Below are positions 32,290-42,095 of a stretch of DNA of 64,000 bases, in pieces. The notes under the pieces were generated by a model. The model was not told where the DNA came from, did not search any database, and saw only the letters and a program-made list of their open reading frames with translations. Numbering within the stretch: the stretch's first letter is position 1; each line of letters starts with the position of its first letter. Both the position numbers and the translations under genes were made by a program. Origin of the DNA: an uncultured bacterium. GTDB taxonomy: Bacteria; Verrucomicrobiota; Verrucomicrobiia; Limisphaerales; UBA8199. The stretch is from assembly GCA_963749495.1 (NCBI GenBank), contig CAVVMW010000022.1:1-64000 (forward strand), written 5' to 3'.

Positions 32290-33483
32290 ATGAAAGAGCC
32301 TGGCCACATCTACATTCTGGTGAATCCCTCGATCGAGGGATTCGTGAAAATCGGCAAGACGACCCGTGAACCAGAACTGCGCGCCAAGGAACTCTCACAA
32401 GCCACCGGCGTGGCAACGCCCTTTTACGTGGCCTACAGCATTGCCGTGGCGGATTGCCACAGCGCGGAGGCGTACGTTCACGCGGTTCTGGAGCACAACG
32501 GATTCAGGAAGTCGGAGAACCGAGAATTTTTCCAAATGCCGTTGCAGACGGCTATCGAAGCGCTCCTCGCCGCGCAGAATGAACTTGCAGGCGTTACGGA
32601 GGCGCGGGAGCCACAAGAGACAACAACGGGCGAACCGGAATGCATTGGTCGATCTGAGGAGGAGGGCGCCGAGCGTGCTGTAGAGCACCCTGGCTGCGCT
32701 CTCCTTGAGCAACCGAAGGTAGCCTACTATGGAGTTGGCGACGAGATTCAGGACAAGCAAGAGGCGCTGCGACTTCTGCACCAGGCCAAGGCGCTGGACT
32801 TCCCGGCGGCCTTCAGCTCGCTCGCATGGCACTATCGCCAGGAAGCGGAGAAGGCCCTCGTTCTTGAAAGGAACAGGGCGAGGGCGCTCGCAATGCACGA
32901 CCGAGCGCTCGGAATTCTGAGGGAGGGGGCACAGATGGGCCACGCCCGCTGCTACGTGTTGATGGCTGACATGTACCTTAACGGCTTGACCAACGACTGC
33001 ATGGAAGCGGACCCGGGAAATGCTGCCAAATGCTGGAAGAAGTACTTTCACAGCGCGACGTTCTTAAACGACGACGATGAGAAGTACGGTGGCTGGGACG
33101 AGTGGGCGCTTGCACCGGAGTGTGAAGGTCGAGGGAGAGGGCTTCACGGCGGGGATTACCTTTGGTTGTGCTTTTTGGACCGCATGCCAGCAGACCAGGA
33201 AATCCTCCAGATTCTTGCTTCGATTCGCGACAAGATTTTCCCGGCCATTAGAAGAGAAATCGAGTGGCTGGAGCAGCAGATCGGAAGTCGGCCGCCCGTC
33301 ATTCACAGCATGGCGTCAAGTAGGGCCCAGGCCGGAGCGCTCGGCGCGCTCCGTCGGGTGATGGGGTTTGATGAAAGGGGACCGACGACCCCACCTAAAG
33401 ATCCCGACGAAGAGTCCCTCGAAAGGCGCCGCCGGTTCCTGGAATACGTGGCGACGGTTCTCTGCGGTGAGGCGACCAAATGA
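32290..33483 (+). CDS. T5orf172/GIY-YIG-like nuclease-domain protein with Sel1-like helical region
   Basis: GHIYILVNPSIEGFVKIGKTTREPELRAKELSQATGVATPF...NREFF. Confidence 0.8.
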   Translation: MKEPGHIYILVNPSIEGFVKIGKTTREPELRAKELSQATGVATPFYVAYSIAVADCHSAEAYVHAVLEHNGFRKSENREFFQMPLQTAIEALLAAQNELAGVTEAREPQETTTGEPECIGRSEEEGAERAVEHPGCALLEQPKVAYYGVGDEIQDKQEALRLLHQAKALDFPAAFSSLAWHYRQEAEKALVLERNRARALAMHDRALGILREGAQMGHARCYVLMADMYLNGLTNDCMEADPGNAAKCWKKYFHSATFLNDDDEKYGGWDEWALAPECEGRGRGLHGGDYLWLCFLDRMPADQEILQILASIRDKIFPAIRREIEWLEQQIGSRPPVIHSMASSRAQAGALGALRRVMGFDERGPTTPPKDPDEESLERRRRFLEYVATVLCGEATK

Positions 33484-33493
33484 AAATCAACAA

Positions 33494-33751
33494 ATGAATA
33501 CACCTGAATACTGGGGTCATTTCGTGAGGGCGAGATTGGAAGACCTTTTGGAAACTGAATTGCCTGCGCCCAAAAAGGCAAGTCTCGAGGCGAGCGTTGC
33601 CCAGTGGGTGCTCGACATCCGCGAAGACGAACTAGCGACGATCATCCAGCAGATCGAGGAAATGGCCGAGAAGGCTCCAGATGGGCCAAACGGCCCATCG
33701 TGCAGAGACATCATTAGGGTGCTCAAGGGCAGGCTTCCCAAAAGACCATAG
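33494..33751 (+). CDS. Hypothetical protein (85 aa)
   Basis: Starts 10 nt after the previous stop, helical composition. Confidence 0.5.
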   Translation: MNTPEYWGHFVRARLEDLLETELPAPKKASLEASVAQWVLDIREDELATIIQQIEEMAEKAPDGPNGPSCRDIIRVLKGRLPKRP

Positions 33752-33807
33752 GCTCGGCCTCTGGTCCCCAACTGCGATGATGCCCTTAAGGCAGCGGCGT
33801 GGATCGA

Positions 33808-33834
33808 GGGGGTCCACGCTGCACGTGGACCCCC
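33808..33834. repeat. Hairpin GGGGGTCCACG-CTGCA-CGTGGACCCCC
   Basis: Perfect 11-bp stem with GGGGTC/GACCCC ends. Confidence 0.7.
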
Positions 33835-34346
33835 GGCCGGAAGACCCGGAACGGGCGAGGCGGCGCGCCTGGCAAGACACGTGAGATGGCCTTCAGGGTG
33901 GATGACTTGGCCAATCACCCGAGCAAGCCCTCATTGCATGCTGGCGCGCAAAAGGCGATTTCATAGGTGCAGCGTTCAACCTTTGACATGCTCGCCGGTG
34001 CTAGTCCTGCCTCGGCAAGGGATGGTTAGGCCGAGTAGTGATAGCAGACCTTGGCCGGGGGAGAACCTGGCTGGGGCAAGCTCTGCCGTAAAGGAGCGGG
34101 CCTGTCTGCGGCGCAGAGCCGCCGGCGGGGACCGGCCAGCCTCTAGCCAACGTGCAGGCCGCAACATTCTGAGAAAACTGCCCCCCGACATTGTTTCCTC
34201 CTCTGAAGCCAGTGAGCGGCGTAAATTCGGAACAGCCGAACCGCGATAGGAGTGGCGAAGGCACCCATGACCGAGGGATAAGCCATCAAATGAACTATGC
34301 CTATCCGGTTGCTTGACAACATCGATTTTTCTGGCATTCTGCCGAA

Positions 34347-34700
34347 ATGAAGCCGATTACCATAAAAAACGAGCATGGAGAGACCATCGAAATCAAATGG
34401 GATTCTGACGGCACTGTCCGAATCCGCCACTCCGACATCGAGCTAAAGCACTGGGGAGAGTTACGGGAATACGCGCCTCGCCTCAAGCAACCCGGCGTTC
34501 ATGCCAAGGTGAAGGAAATTGCGGCCAGACGGGGAGTGGATCTGGACTCTCCCGAGGCAAAGGAACTAGCCGGAAGGATGGGCGGTTATATTCTGGTGGG
34601 CGGAAAGATGTATATGATCAGCAGCCAAGAAGTGACGCTGATCCATGAAGCAGTTAGACAAGCCGGAGGAATAATCCCAAATTGGTCCAACTGCCCTTGA
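34347..34700 (+). CDS. Hypothetical protein
   Basis: 117-aa ORF preceded by TTGACA-N16-CATTCT-N6-ATG. Confidence 0.65.
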   Translation: MKPITIKNEHGETIEIKWDSDGTVRIRHSDIELKHWGELREYAPRLKQPGVHAKVKEIAARRGVDLDSPEAKELAGRMGGYILVGGKMYMISSQEVTLIHEAVRQAGGIIPNWSNCP

Positions 34701-35043
34701 ATCGAGCTTTCTCCCAGGCCGCAGTGAGCAGTGGAATCCAAAACTCAAGGTCGCGGCAGATGTTGTCAGGTGTGATGGTCTGGCATTGGCGGGGTTTGTC
34801 GCGCATGGACCAATGGAGTTTCCAAGTCCGGGTAAGCACAGCGGTCCAGAAATCATCGAGGCTCTGATCGGCGCGGCACATTGGCCGCCGAGCCCTGATG
34901 AGGTTGCGCCGCCGCCCAAGAATAGCCGCTTCGTGGGGGTTCATGACTAGCCTGCCGGCGCGGTTTCTTTTGTACCTATAGGGAAGGCCGCCGAGGATTT
35001 GGGCTTTTTGGTTAGGACTGAGTTTTGGAGTTTGTTTTTTCAT
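34654..35043 (-). CDS. Hypothetical basic protein, possible serine-recombinase recombinase-domain-like fragment
   Basis: GGLPYRYK..GRLVMNPHEAAIL resembles the PYGY..L.....EA motif; weak. Confidence 0.4.
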   Translation of the reverse strand: MKKQTPKLSPNQKAQILGGLPYRYKRNRAGRLVMNPHEAAILGRRRNLIRARRPMCRADQSLDDFWTAVLTRTWKLHWSMRDKPRQCQTITPDNICRDLEFWIPLLTAAWEKARFKGSWTNLGLFLRLV

Positions 35044-35187
35044 TTGGAGATCATTGAAATTTAGACAAGGGGCTTCGCCAATATGGCTCGATGCGGAAGA
35101 TGGGGCCTTTGTCGGCGGTGCCTTTCAGGAGTCTCATATTAGGTTTAATGTTGACACTCTTTGCCCCACCATGGTAGAAGAGAGGGC

Positions 35188-35730
35188 ATGAGCCGAATCG
35201 CCCTTCTTTGTCTTGTGCTGCTCGTACTACTCCCCTCCTGCGGCAATCCGGCGAAGCGCCAAGCGGCCAAGGAGTTTAGGGGCGCGCTCGCGGCGATGAA
35301 GGTCGCCTGCCATGGAACGCTCGAGGAATTCAGGGAGAGCGAGGTCAAGCTGGACATTGCCTTCGAGGCAAACAAGGAACTGCTGCCCGTGAACGCCGCA
35401 GAATATGCCATGTTGCACGAGCTCTTGTCATACTGCCGGCTCTGCTGGATGGCGCACATTCTCCGCGGGCCGGGCTACGTAATTTCATTGGACCCGGTCA
35501 TCATCGGGCGGCGGTTGGACAAGAACGCAGCATGGTCGGACGTCCATCGGGATGATTCCCTGATATGGCTGGCGATGGTCTTTATCAACCCCCGGTTGCA
35601 GCGGAAGACGATGGCGGGGGACAGCGAGCGCGCGGGCGACCCCGATTTCACCATCGAGCCGACCCTCGCGCGCGGCCTGGCCCAAGCATCTCAAATCTGC
35701 CAAGGCTTCATGGACAGGCTGGCCCGCTAG
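35188..35730 (+). CDS. Hypothetical lipoprotein
   Basis: MSRIALLCLVLLVLLPSC lipobox-like; TTGACA promoter at 35151. Confidence 0.65.
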   Translation: MSRIALLCLVLLVLLPSCGNPAKRQAAKEFRGALAAMKVACHGTLEEFRESEVKLDIAFEANKELLPVNAAEYAMLHELLSYCRLCWMAHILRGPGYVISLDPVIIGRRLDKNAAWSDVHRDDSLIWLAMVFINPRLQRKTMAGDSERAGDPDFTIEPTLARGLAQASQICQGFMDRLAR

Positions 35731-35977
35731 CTGGCTCGCCACCGAAACACAAACCGACAATCCCCCAAGAGATCAGCACACGGGGACGCTCCTTGCGTTG
35801 CACCGAATTTCAGCAACAATCTGTTAGATCACGACCGTTGCTTTGATGCTCCTCTTTTGTGTTTTATGTTAGGATTTGCACACAATGAAAACGGAAAAGG
35901 CAAACCCGCCAGCCGAGAGGCGACTGGCCAAAAAAGGGGTCGCCCTAGTATCGTGCCATCGTCCGGAGCTCAAGCGT

Positions 35978-36011
35978 CATTGGGGTCATGTGTTGTCATT
36001 TGGACAATTGG
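35978..36011 (+). repeat. 34-bp direct repeat of 30724-30757 (GGGGTCA element end)
   Basis: CATTGGGGTCATGT(C/G)TTGTCATTTGGACAATTGG, 33/34 identical. Confidence 0.9.
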
Positions 36012-36391
36012 CACTTGACGGCGGGATTCCGTGGCAGGGGTCAGACCGTAGAAAAGCCTCACGCCTCCACCCCTTGGACCTCGAAAAAAATGCCTCATAG
36101 TCCGCATAGTCCGCATTGTCCTTAGACAACATCCGTCCCCAGCGCAGACACTCCCGGCATGAAACGGCAACTGCGCCAACTCAGGCGTTCGGAAGGAATA
36201 AATGTGCCAGGTATGGCGCAGGAATTTCGGCCGCTGGCGAGGCGCATATCCGCCAGGATCTGTAACGAGCAACAAAGCCAGCGGACAAGACGACCAGCCA
36301 GACCTGGCACGTTTATTCGTTCCGAATGCCTCAGGCCCCACACAGGCCGCCTACCGCAGGGGGCCAACCGGTGGTCCAGCCTCATTCCCAC

Positions 36392-36455
36392 CAATTCACG
36401 CGATTCCCACAATTTCGCGCACTTTCCCACAATTTCCCACAATTTCCCACAATTT
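36392..36455. repeat. Decamer tandem repeat (AATTTCCCAC)x~6
   Basis: Seen directly. Confidence 0.8.
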
Positions 36456-36734
36456 GTAGAGCCCCCGGGAGAGGACAAACGTCGAGCTCGCGCCTTACCA
36501 AAGCGCACCGGGGTGCAAAGGGTTCGGCAGACCGCTCATCCCGGCCCTCTGCCCTTCCCCGATAGGATCGGGGCAGGCGGGCGGGGAGAGGGAGAGTTCT
36601 CGATCGCGCTTGGAGGAAGCGGGGACGGCTGGAAGCTCTTGAGACTGCCGGCCCCTTCTCCCCTTTGATTGCCCGAGACTGGCGGTTCAGGGGGGAGTAC
36701 TGTATAATGGGGCTTCACATAGCCAAATTCACTT

Positions 36735-38777
36735 ATGACAACACGGCAGGTTATCAGGTATTTCACTCGAGGCCTGGGGGCGCTGGCCCTCGTGGCCGGA
36801 TGCGGCTGGGGTCTTCAGGCACACGCGGCTTCGGCTGCGCCGGCGGTGGTCGGTCTGTGGCGGTTTAACGAGGGAACGGGCAGTGTGGCGGTGGACTCCT
36901 CGGGCCTGGGAAACACTGGGACCCTGAATGGCGAGAACGGGAATGTCCCGGCGCGGGTTGCCGGGCAGGCGGGTTTTGGGGGCGCGCTGCGGTTCACGAA
37001 TGATAACGCCAGCCATGCTTATGTGAGCATACCCGGCGCCGGCCCGCTCATGATTGGCCAAACGGCCACCAACGCGTGGTCCATCACCGCCTGGGTCTTC
37101 GAGGATTCGAACGGGACGGGCGCTTTCGTGGCGACTTACGGGCGTATAATCGTTATCGAGGATGGCGAGGCTTTCCAGCTCGAGTCCGGTGTGTCAGGCG
37201 ACTCGCAGATGTACACCTGGCCCGGGCAAACACCGCCTGGCAGGTTGCGTGGGACCCAGCCTCGACGGTAACGCCACTTTTGGATCAATGGGTGCATTGG
37301 GCGGTGGTTTATGACGGAACCAATCTGACCCTCTATCGCAATGCAAACCAAGGGCCTCAGGGCGGCATGTCCTCGATGCCCGTGACTGCGCCCCTCGGGT
37401 ATCCCGGCTATGCCGGCAACATGGTCATCGGCTCAGAGCTCGGACAACCCGCCAACCGCAACTGGAACGGGATGCTCGATGATGTCGCGGTCTTTAGCGG
37501 GGCGCTCAGCCCGGCGCAAATCGAGACGGTCATGGGCGGGGATTTTTCTGCCTTTATCGGCGGCGCACCGGGCATTTTGAGCCAGCCTCAGAGCCAGAAA
37601 GCCCCGCAAGGCTCCGAGGTTACGTTCAGCGTTGCGGCGGGCGGTCAGACACCGTTCCGGTATCAATGGTGACTTTAACCTCACCAACCGGTTGTCGGGG
37701 GCGAGCAACCCGACGGCGACCAATGCCACCTTGGTTCTGAGTGGCATCGAATTCAACCAGGCGGGAACCTATTCGGTCGTGGTCAGCAACGCGCTGGGGA
37801 GCGTCACCAGTTCGCCGGCCGCGCTCGTCGTGGTGTATCAGGCGACGCTGGTTGGCCTCTGGCGGTTCAACGAAACCGAAGGGACCAATATCCTGGATTC
37901 ATCCGGGCTGGGGAATAACGGGTTCATCGCCGGGGAGAACGGCAACGTGCCGGCGCGGGCGCCCAGCCAGGCCGGTTTTGGCGGGGCGCTTCGTTTCACG
38001 AACGATGGAACGGACCACGCCTTCGCCACCATTCCCAGCGACGGTTCGCTGCTCATCGGGCAGACGCCGAGCAATGCGTGGACCATTACGGCGTGGGCCT
38101 ATGAAGATTCGGGCGGGACGGGCGATTTTGTGGCCAGTTACGGGCGCATCCTGGTCATCGATGACGGAACGGCATTTCAGTTCGAGTCCGGCGCGTCGGG
38201 CGACGGCCAAATCTATACATGGTCGCGGGCGAACACGGCCTGGCAAATCCCCTGGGCCGCAGGTTCCCCGGTCGCCCCGCTCCTGGATCAATGGGAGCAT
38301 TGGGCGGTGGTGTATGACGGAACGAACCTTACGCTCTACCGGAACGGCAACTCGGGCCCGGAGGCCGGCGTGGCCTCTCAGGCGGTGACCTCGCCCCTTG
38401 GCGGATACGTCGGCTACCAGGACGGCATCATTATCGGTTCCGAGTTGGACCAGCCTGCCAACCGGACCTGGAACGGCCTGCTGGACGACGTCGCGGTATT
38501 TAACATCGCCCTTTCCCAGGCCCAGATTCAGACGGTGATGGCCGGAGATTTCAGCGCCTTTGTCCCGAAGCCCATTTTGTCCATCCGCGGTGGCCCGCTG
38601 GAGACGATCCTCAGTTGGCCCGCCACACAGCCCACCTTTCGGCTCCAGTCCAAAACCGGCCTGGCCCAACCCGGCTGGAGTGAGGTCACCACTCAACCCG
38701 TACGGAACGGCGACGTGATGACGGTCACGTTGCCCACGCCTCGCGGGACGCAATTCTTCCGCCTGATTGGGCCATGA
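36735..38777 (+). CDS. Secreted LamG-Ig-LamG protein; frameshifts near 37222 and 37668
   Basis: Two paralogous VGLWRFNE...WNGxLDDVAVF domains, ILSQPQSQ Ig domain, C-terminal QFFRL. Confidence 0.82.
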
Positions 38778-41365
38778 ACCATTCGCTTGCATTGGCGGCG
38801 CTATCCGCCGCCGCGGCCTTGACCCAGTCCCTGGCCGCCACCAACCTGCCCGCCTATTATGCCCACCCGGCTGAGCTGGACGGCTACGGAGTGATCGCCC
38901 CCTGGCACCATGGGCTCAACGGGCAACTGGATGAGCGCCTGAACATCGCCGTCAACGTCTATAAACGCTATCCGTGGGTGGACCAGCCCAAGGCGGTCAT
39001 GGCGGCCCCGGATTTCATTTACAATTCGCATTGGAGCATCAAACCCGACGGCACGATTTTGATCCCGCCGACGACGGACTGGATGTGCGGCGACTTGTGC
39101 CAGCGCGCCTGGAGCATCGTCAAGGGCCTGACCGCGCACTACCAGTACAGCGGCGATCCGATAGCGTTTGTCTATATCCCTCGGGCGGTGGATTACATCC
39201 TCGATTATGGGCTGACGGATGAGAAGGCCGACTGGCCTTCGTTTCCGATCAGCACGCCGACGCGAGGCAAGGCCTATGGCAAGTGCGATCCGGCCGGGCG
39301 CAATCAGCTCGACCTGTGCGCGATTCTTGGGGTCGAGGTGCTCCGCGCCTACAAGCTCACCGGCAACGCGCGATACCTCGACCGGGCCAAGCATTGGGGG
39401 GACGTGTTTGCCGCCAAATGCCAGTTCGCCCATCCGGACCTCTCGCCCTGGAACCGCTACGTCGATCCGTCCGTAGTGGGCTGGTCTGACGTGCTGACCG
39501 GGACCACCTCGATCATTGTGGATTTCCTGGATGAACTGCTCCGCCTGGGCCACGCCGGGAAAGACGGAGCGATTGTCAAGGCGCGCGATGCCGGACGGCG
39601 GTTTCTCAACGAGCAGATGTTGCCGGCCTGGTGGGTGAACGATACCTGGGGCCGGACTTACTGGGATTGGGACAACCCGATGATGTGCGGGATGGTCTCG
39701 ATGTGCGCCGACCACTTCATGAAGAACCCCGGAGCCTATCCGCAGTGGCAGACCGATTTGCGAAACATGCTCTCGCTGCTCTGGAACCGCAACGGCGCCG
39801 ACCCTGCTTCCTGCGGCGACGTGTATAGCGGCGCCTGGGCCTTTCCGGAATCCTCGGTCTGCTGCCGGACCTCCCTCTCCTACAACCAGTACACGGCCGG
39901 TCCGACCCTGATTCGTTACGGTGTGCTGGCCGGGAGCGATTGGGCGGTCGAGCTCGGCCGGCGCATGATGCTCATGGCCACTTACGACAGCCTGGCCAAC
40001 GGCGTGGTCAAAGATGGCCTGTTCGGCGACCAGGTCGCCACGGGCGAATGGTCAAACCTGGCGCATCCGTGGCCATTGTGCCAGGTCCTTGAGGCCATCG
40101 CCTGGCTGCCGCAATACTTCGCACCCAACCGCGAGAACCACGTGGTCCGCTCCTCGACCGTGGTGCAGGAGATAGCTTATGAGAAGGGCAGCCTCTCCTA
40201 CCGCACCTTCGACGCCCCGGCCGGGACAGAAGAGGTGATGCGCCTGGCCTTCCGTCCGGCCCGGGTGCTGGCGGACGGAGAGACCCTCGAGGAACGTCCC
40301 GCCGACGGTGGCAACGGCTATGCGCTTGCGCCGCTGCCCAACGGGGACTGGCTCGCCACCGTCCGGCATGAGGGCCGCCGCCACGTCCAGGTGATGGGCG
40401 ACGATCCGCAACAGGCCGCCGATGACGCGGCTTTCACCTTCACCGGTTCCTGGGCCGCCGTCCAGGACAGTCGGGTGCCCGGGGGACGGTATCGAGCGGC
40501 GGACGCGGCGGGGGCGCGGCTGAGTTTTGCGTTCACGGGCAACCAGGTGCGTCTGCTGGGAGTGGTGGGTCCCGAGGGTGGCTGGGCGGAGGCCTGCGTG
40601 GACGGGGTCCGGCAGCCGACATTGATCGAGTGCTGGAACCCGCTGACGCGCTACCGCCAGCCGGTCTTTCTCAAGAACGGTCTGGCAAACGGGCCGCATG
40701 AATTGAGCGTGGTCGTGCTCGGCAAGAAGAATCCCCTGGCGAGCGGAACCCGAGTCGGGGTCGAGTCGGCCCAGTATTCGGCGGCGGAGGGGGACGCCGG
40801 CTACGGTTCGGGCGGCGGGCCGCGGCAGGCGCAGCGGCTCATCTTCGGCTGCCTCGGGCGTCAGGACTACATGGACAGCCGCGGCCGGGCCTGGCGGCCG
40901 GGCACCGAATTCATCACGCGGCTGGGTTTTGGCGTCGATACCGTGGAACGTTGTTGGTGGCACCGGCGCCGCAGCATGTACATCGGCGGCACAACCGACG
41001 CGGAGATCTATCGTTACGGCGTCCATGCCCCCGAGTTTTGGGCCAACCTGACCGTCGCGCCCGGCATTTACCGCGTCCGTCTGCACTGGGCCGACACGCC
41101 CGAGACGCCCTGGGTCGAGCGCGAGGGCAAATGGGAGCCGGTGTCGCGTCCGACAACGGTCTTCATCAATGGCCGGATGGTAATCGAAAATCTCCAGGTG
41201 CGGAAGGAGGTGGGAACCTTCCGCGCCTGCACGCGTGAGTTCCGGGACATCCACCCGGAGAACGGCGTCATCGAGTTGCGGTTCCGCTCCACCCCCGGCC
41301 ACGAGGCGATGATCCAGGCCGCCGAAATAGTGCCCGAAAGCGGAGTCGACCAGGCCGAGCGTTGA
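38774..41365 (+). CDS. Secreted multidomain carbohydrate-active protein (alpha/alpha-barrel-like, CBM-like, C-terminal malectin-like)
   Basis: Signal peptide; AYKLTGNARYLDRA, FTGNQVRL, GTTDAEIYRYG, PGIYRVRLHWAD, AMIQAAEI. Confidence 0.7.
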   Translation: MNHSLALAALSAAAALTQSLAATNLPAYYAHPAELDGYGVIAPWHHGLNGQLDERLNIAVNVYKRYPWVDQPKAVMAAPDFIYNSHWSIKPDGTILIPPTTDWMCGDLCQRAWSIVKGLTAHYQYSGDPIAFVYIPRAVDYILDYGLTDEKADWPSFPISTPTRGKAYGKCDPAGRNQLDLCAILGVEVLRAYKLTGNARYLDRAKHWGDVFAAKCQFAHPDLSPWNRYVDPSVVGWSDVLTGTTSIIVDFLDELLRLGHAGKDGAIVKARDAGRRFLNEQMLPAWWVNDTWGRTYWDWDNPMMCGMVSMCADHFMKNPGAYPQWQTDLRNMLSLLWNRNGADPASCGDVYSGAWAFPESSVCCRTSLSYNQYTAGPTLIRYGVLAGSDWAVELGRRMMLMATYDSLANGVVKDGLFGDQVATGEWSNLAHPWPLCQVLEAIAWLPQYFAPNRENHVVRSSTVVQEIAYEKGSLSYRTFDAPAGTEEVMRLAFRPARVLADGETLEERPADGGNGYALAPLPNGDWLATVRHEGRRHVQVMGDDPQQAADDAAFTFTGSWAAVQDSRVPGGRYRAADAAGARLSFAFTGNQVRLLGVVGPEGGWAEACVDGVRQPTLIECWNPLTRYRQPVFLKNGLANGPHELSVVVLGKKNPLASGTRVGVESAQYSAAEGDAGYGSGGGPRQAQRLIFGCLGRQDYMDSRGRAWRPGTEFITRLGFGVDTVERCWWHRRRSMYIGGTTDAEIYRYGVHAPEFWANLTVAPGIYRVRLHWADTPETPWVEREGKWEPVSRPTTVFINGRMVIENLQVRKEVGTFRACTREFRDIHPENGVIELRFRSTPGHEAMIQAAEIVPESGVDQAER

Positions 41366-41769
41366 GGCTCGTGGTCATGCTCGCGCGCAACGGCTGCATC
41401 ACCGGCCAGACCATCAACGTCAACGGGGGTGGTAAATGCGTTAGCGGGCGGCACGGTTCGAAGGTGGGGCTATTCTCAAGTGTCTCTTCGGGTCAGAGGC
41501 TCTGCATGGTTCGGCTCAGTGCTCATCCAGAATCCTCTTCTTTGCTCGTAATAGGGATGACGACCGTGACGCCGATGAAGGCGGCGATAATTCCTCCTGT
41601 CATCCCGGCCAGGCCCATCAGTTTGCTGGGCTTTATCTGCGCGTTCTGTTTCATCCTTCGCTGGGGCTTGTGATTGAACGACCCGTTCCGTGTGTTGAAG
41701 CGTCGCTCTCGCGGCATGGGCAGCCCTCAAACTCCTGCACGGGCGCGGCAAGTCACTGCCCCCGGCTCA

Positions 41770-41980
41770 CCGCGTAGCGGTGCCCGATGGTAGCCGTGGA
41801 CTTCCAGTCCACGGACCCATGGCCCAAGCTCAACCGCGTCGCGTCGCAACGCAACGCGTGACCGTTCCCACGCCCTGAACCGTGGACCGAGGTCCACGGC
41901 TACCTTCACTGCGTCGCTAGGCAACGCGCGATGATTCCCACGACCCGAACCGTGGACCGAGAGGGCCGGGGTGAGGGGTC
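41770..41980. repeat. GTAG-REP doublet plus CCCTCACCCCGGCCCTCTC-type repeat
   Basis: 41790-41814 with inverse partner at 41880-41903; GAGAGGGCCGGGGTGAGGGG at ~41959-41978. Confidence 0.7.
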
Positions 41981-42095
41981 TGCCCCGCACTCTGTCTTTC
42001 AGCCCGAGGACCGGCGCAGCCCCGGGGGCGGTCTCGGCATGCGCCGTGTCGGGCCCGGGGTTTTTTCCATCGATTATTGTTCGAGGCGGCATACC

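Noticed and set aside
36392..36455. CRISPR array
   Set aside because: Short tandem repeats without spacers; no cas genes. The same applies to the other 7-10-nt arrays.
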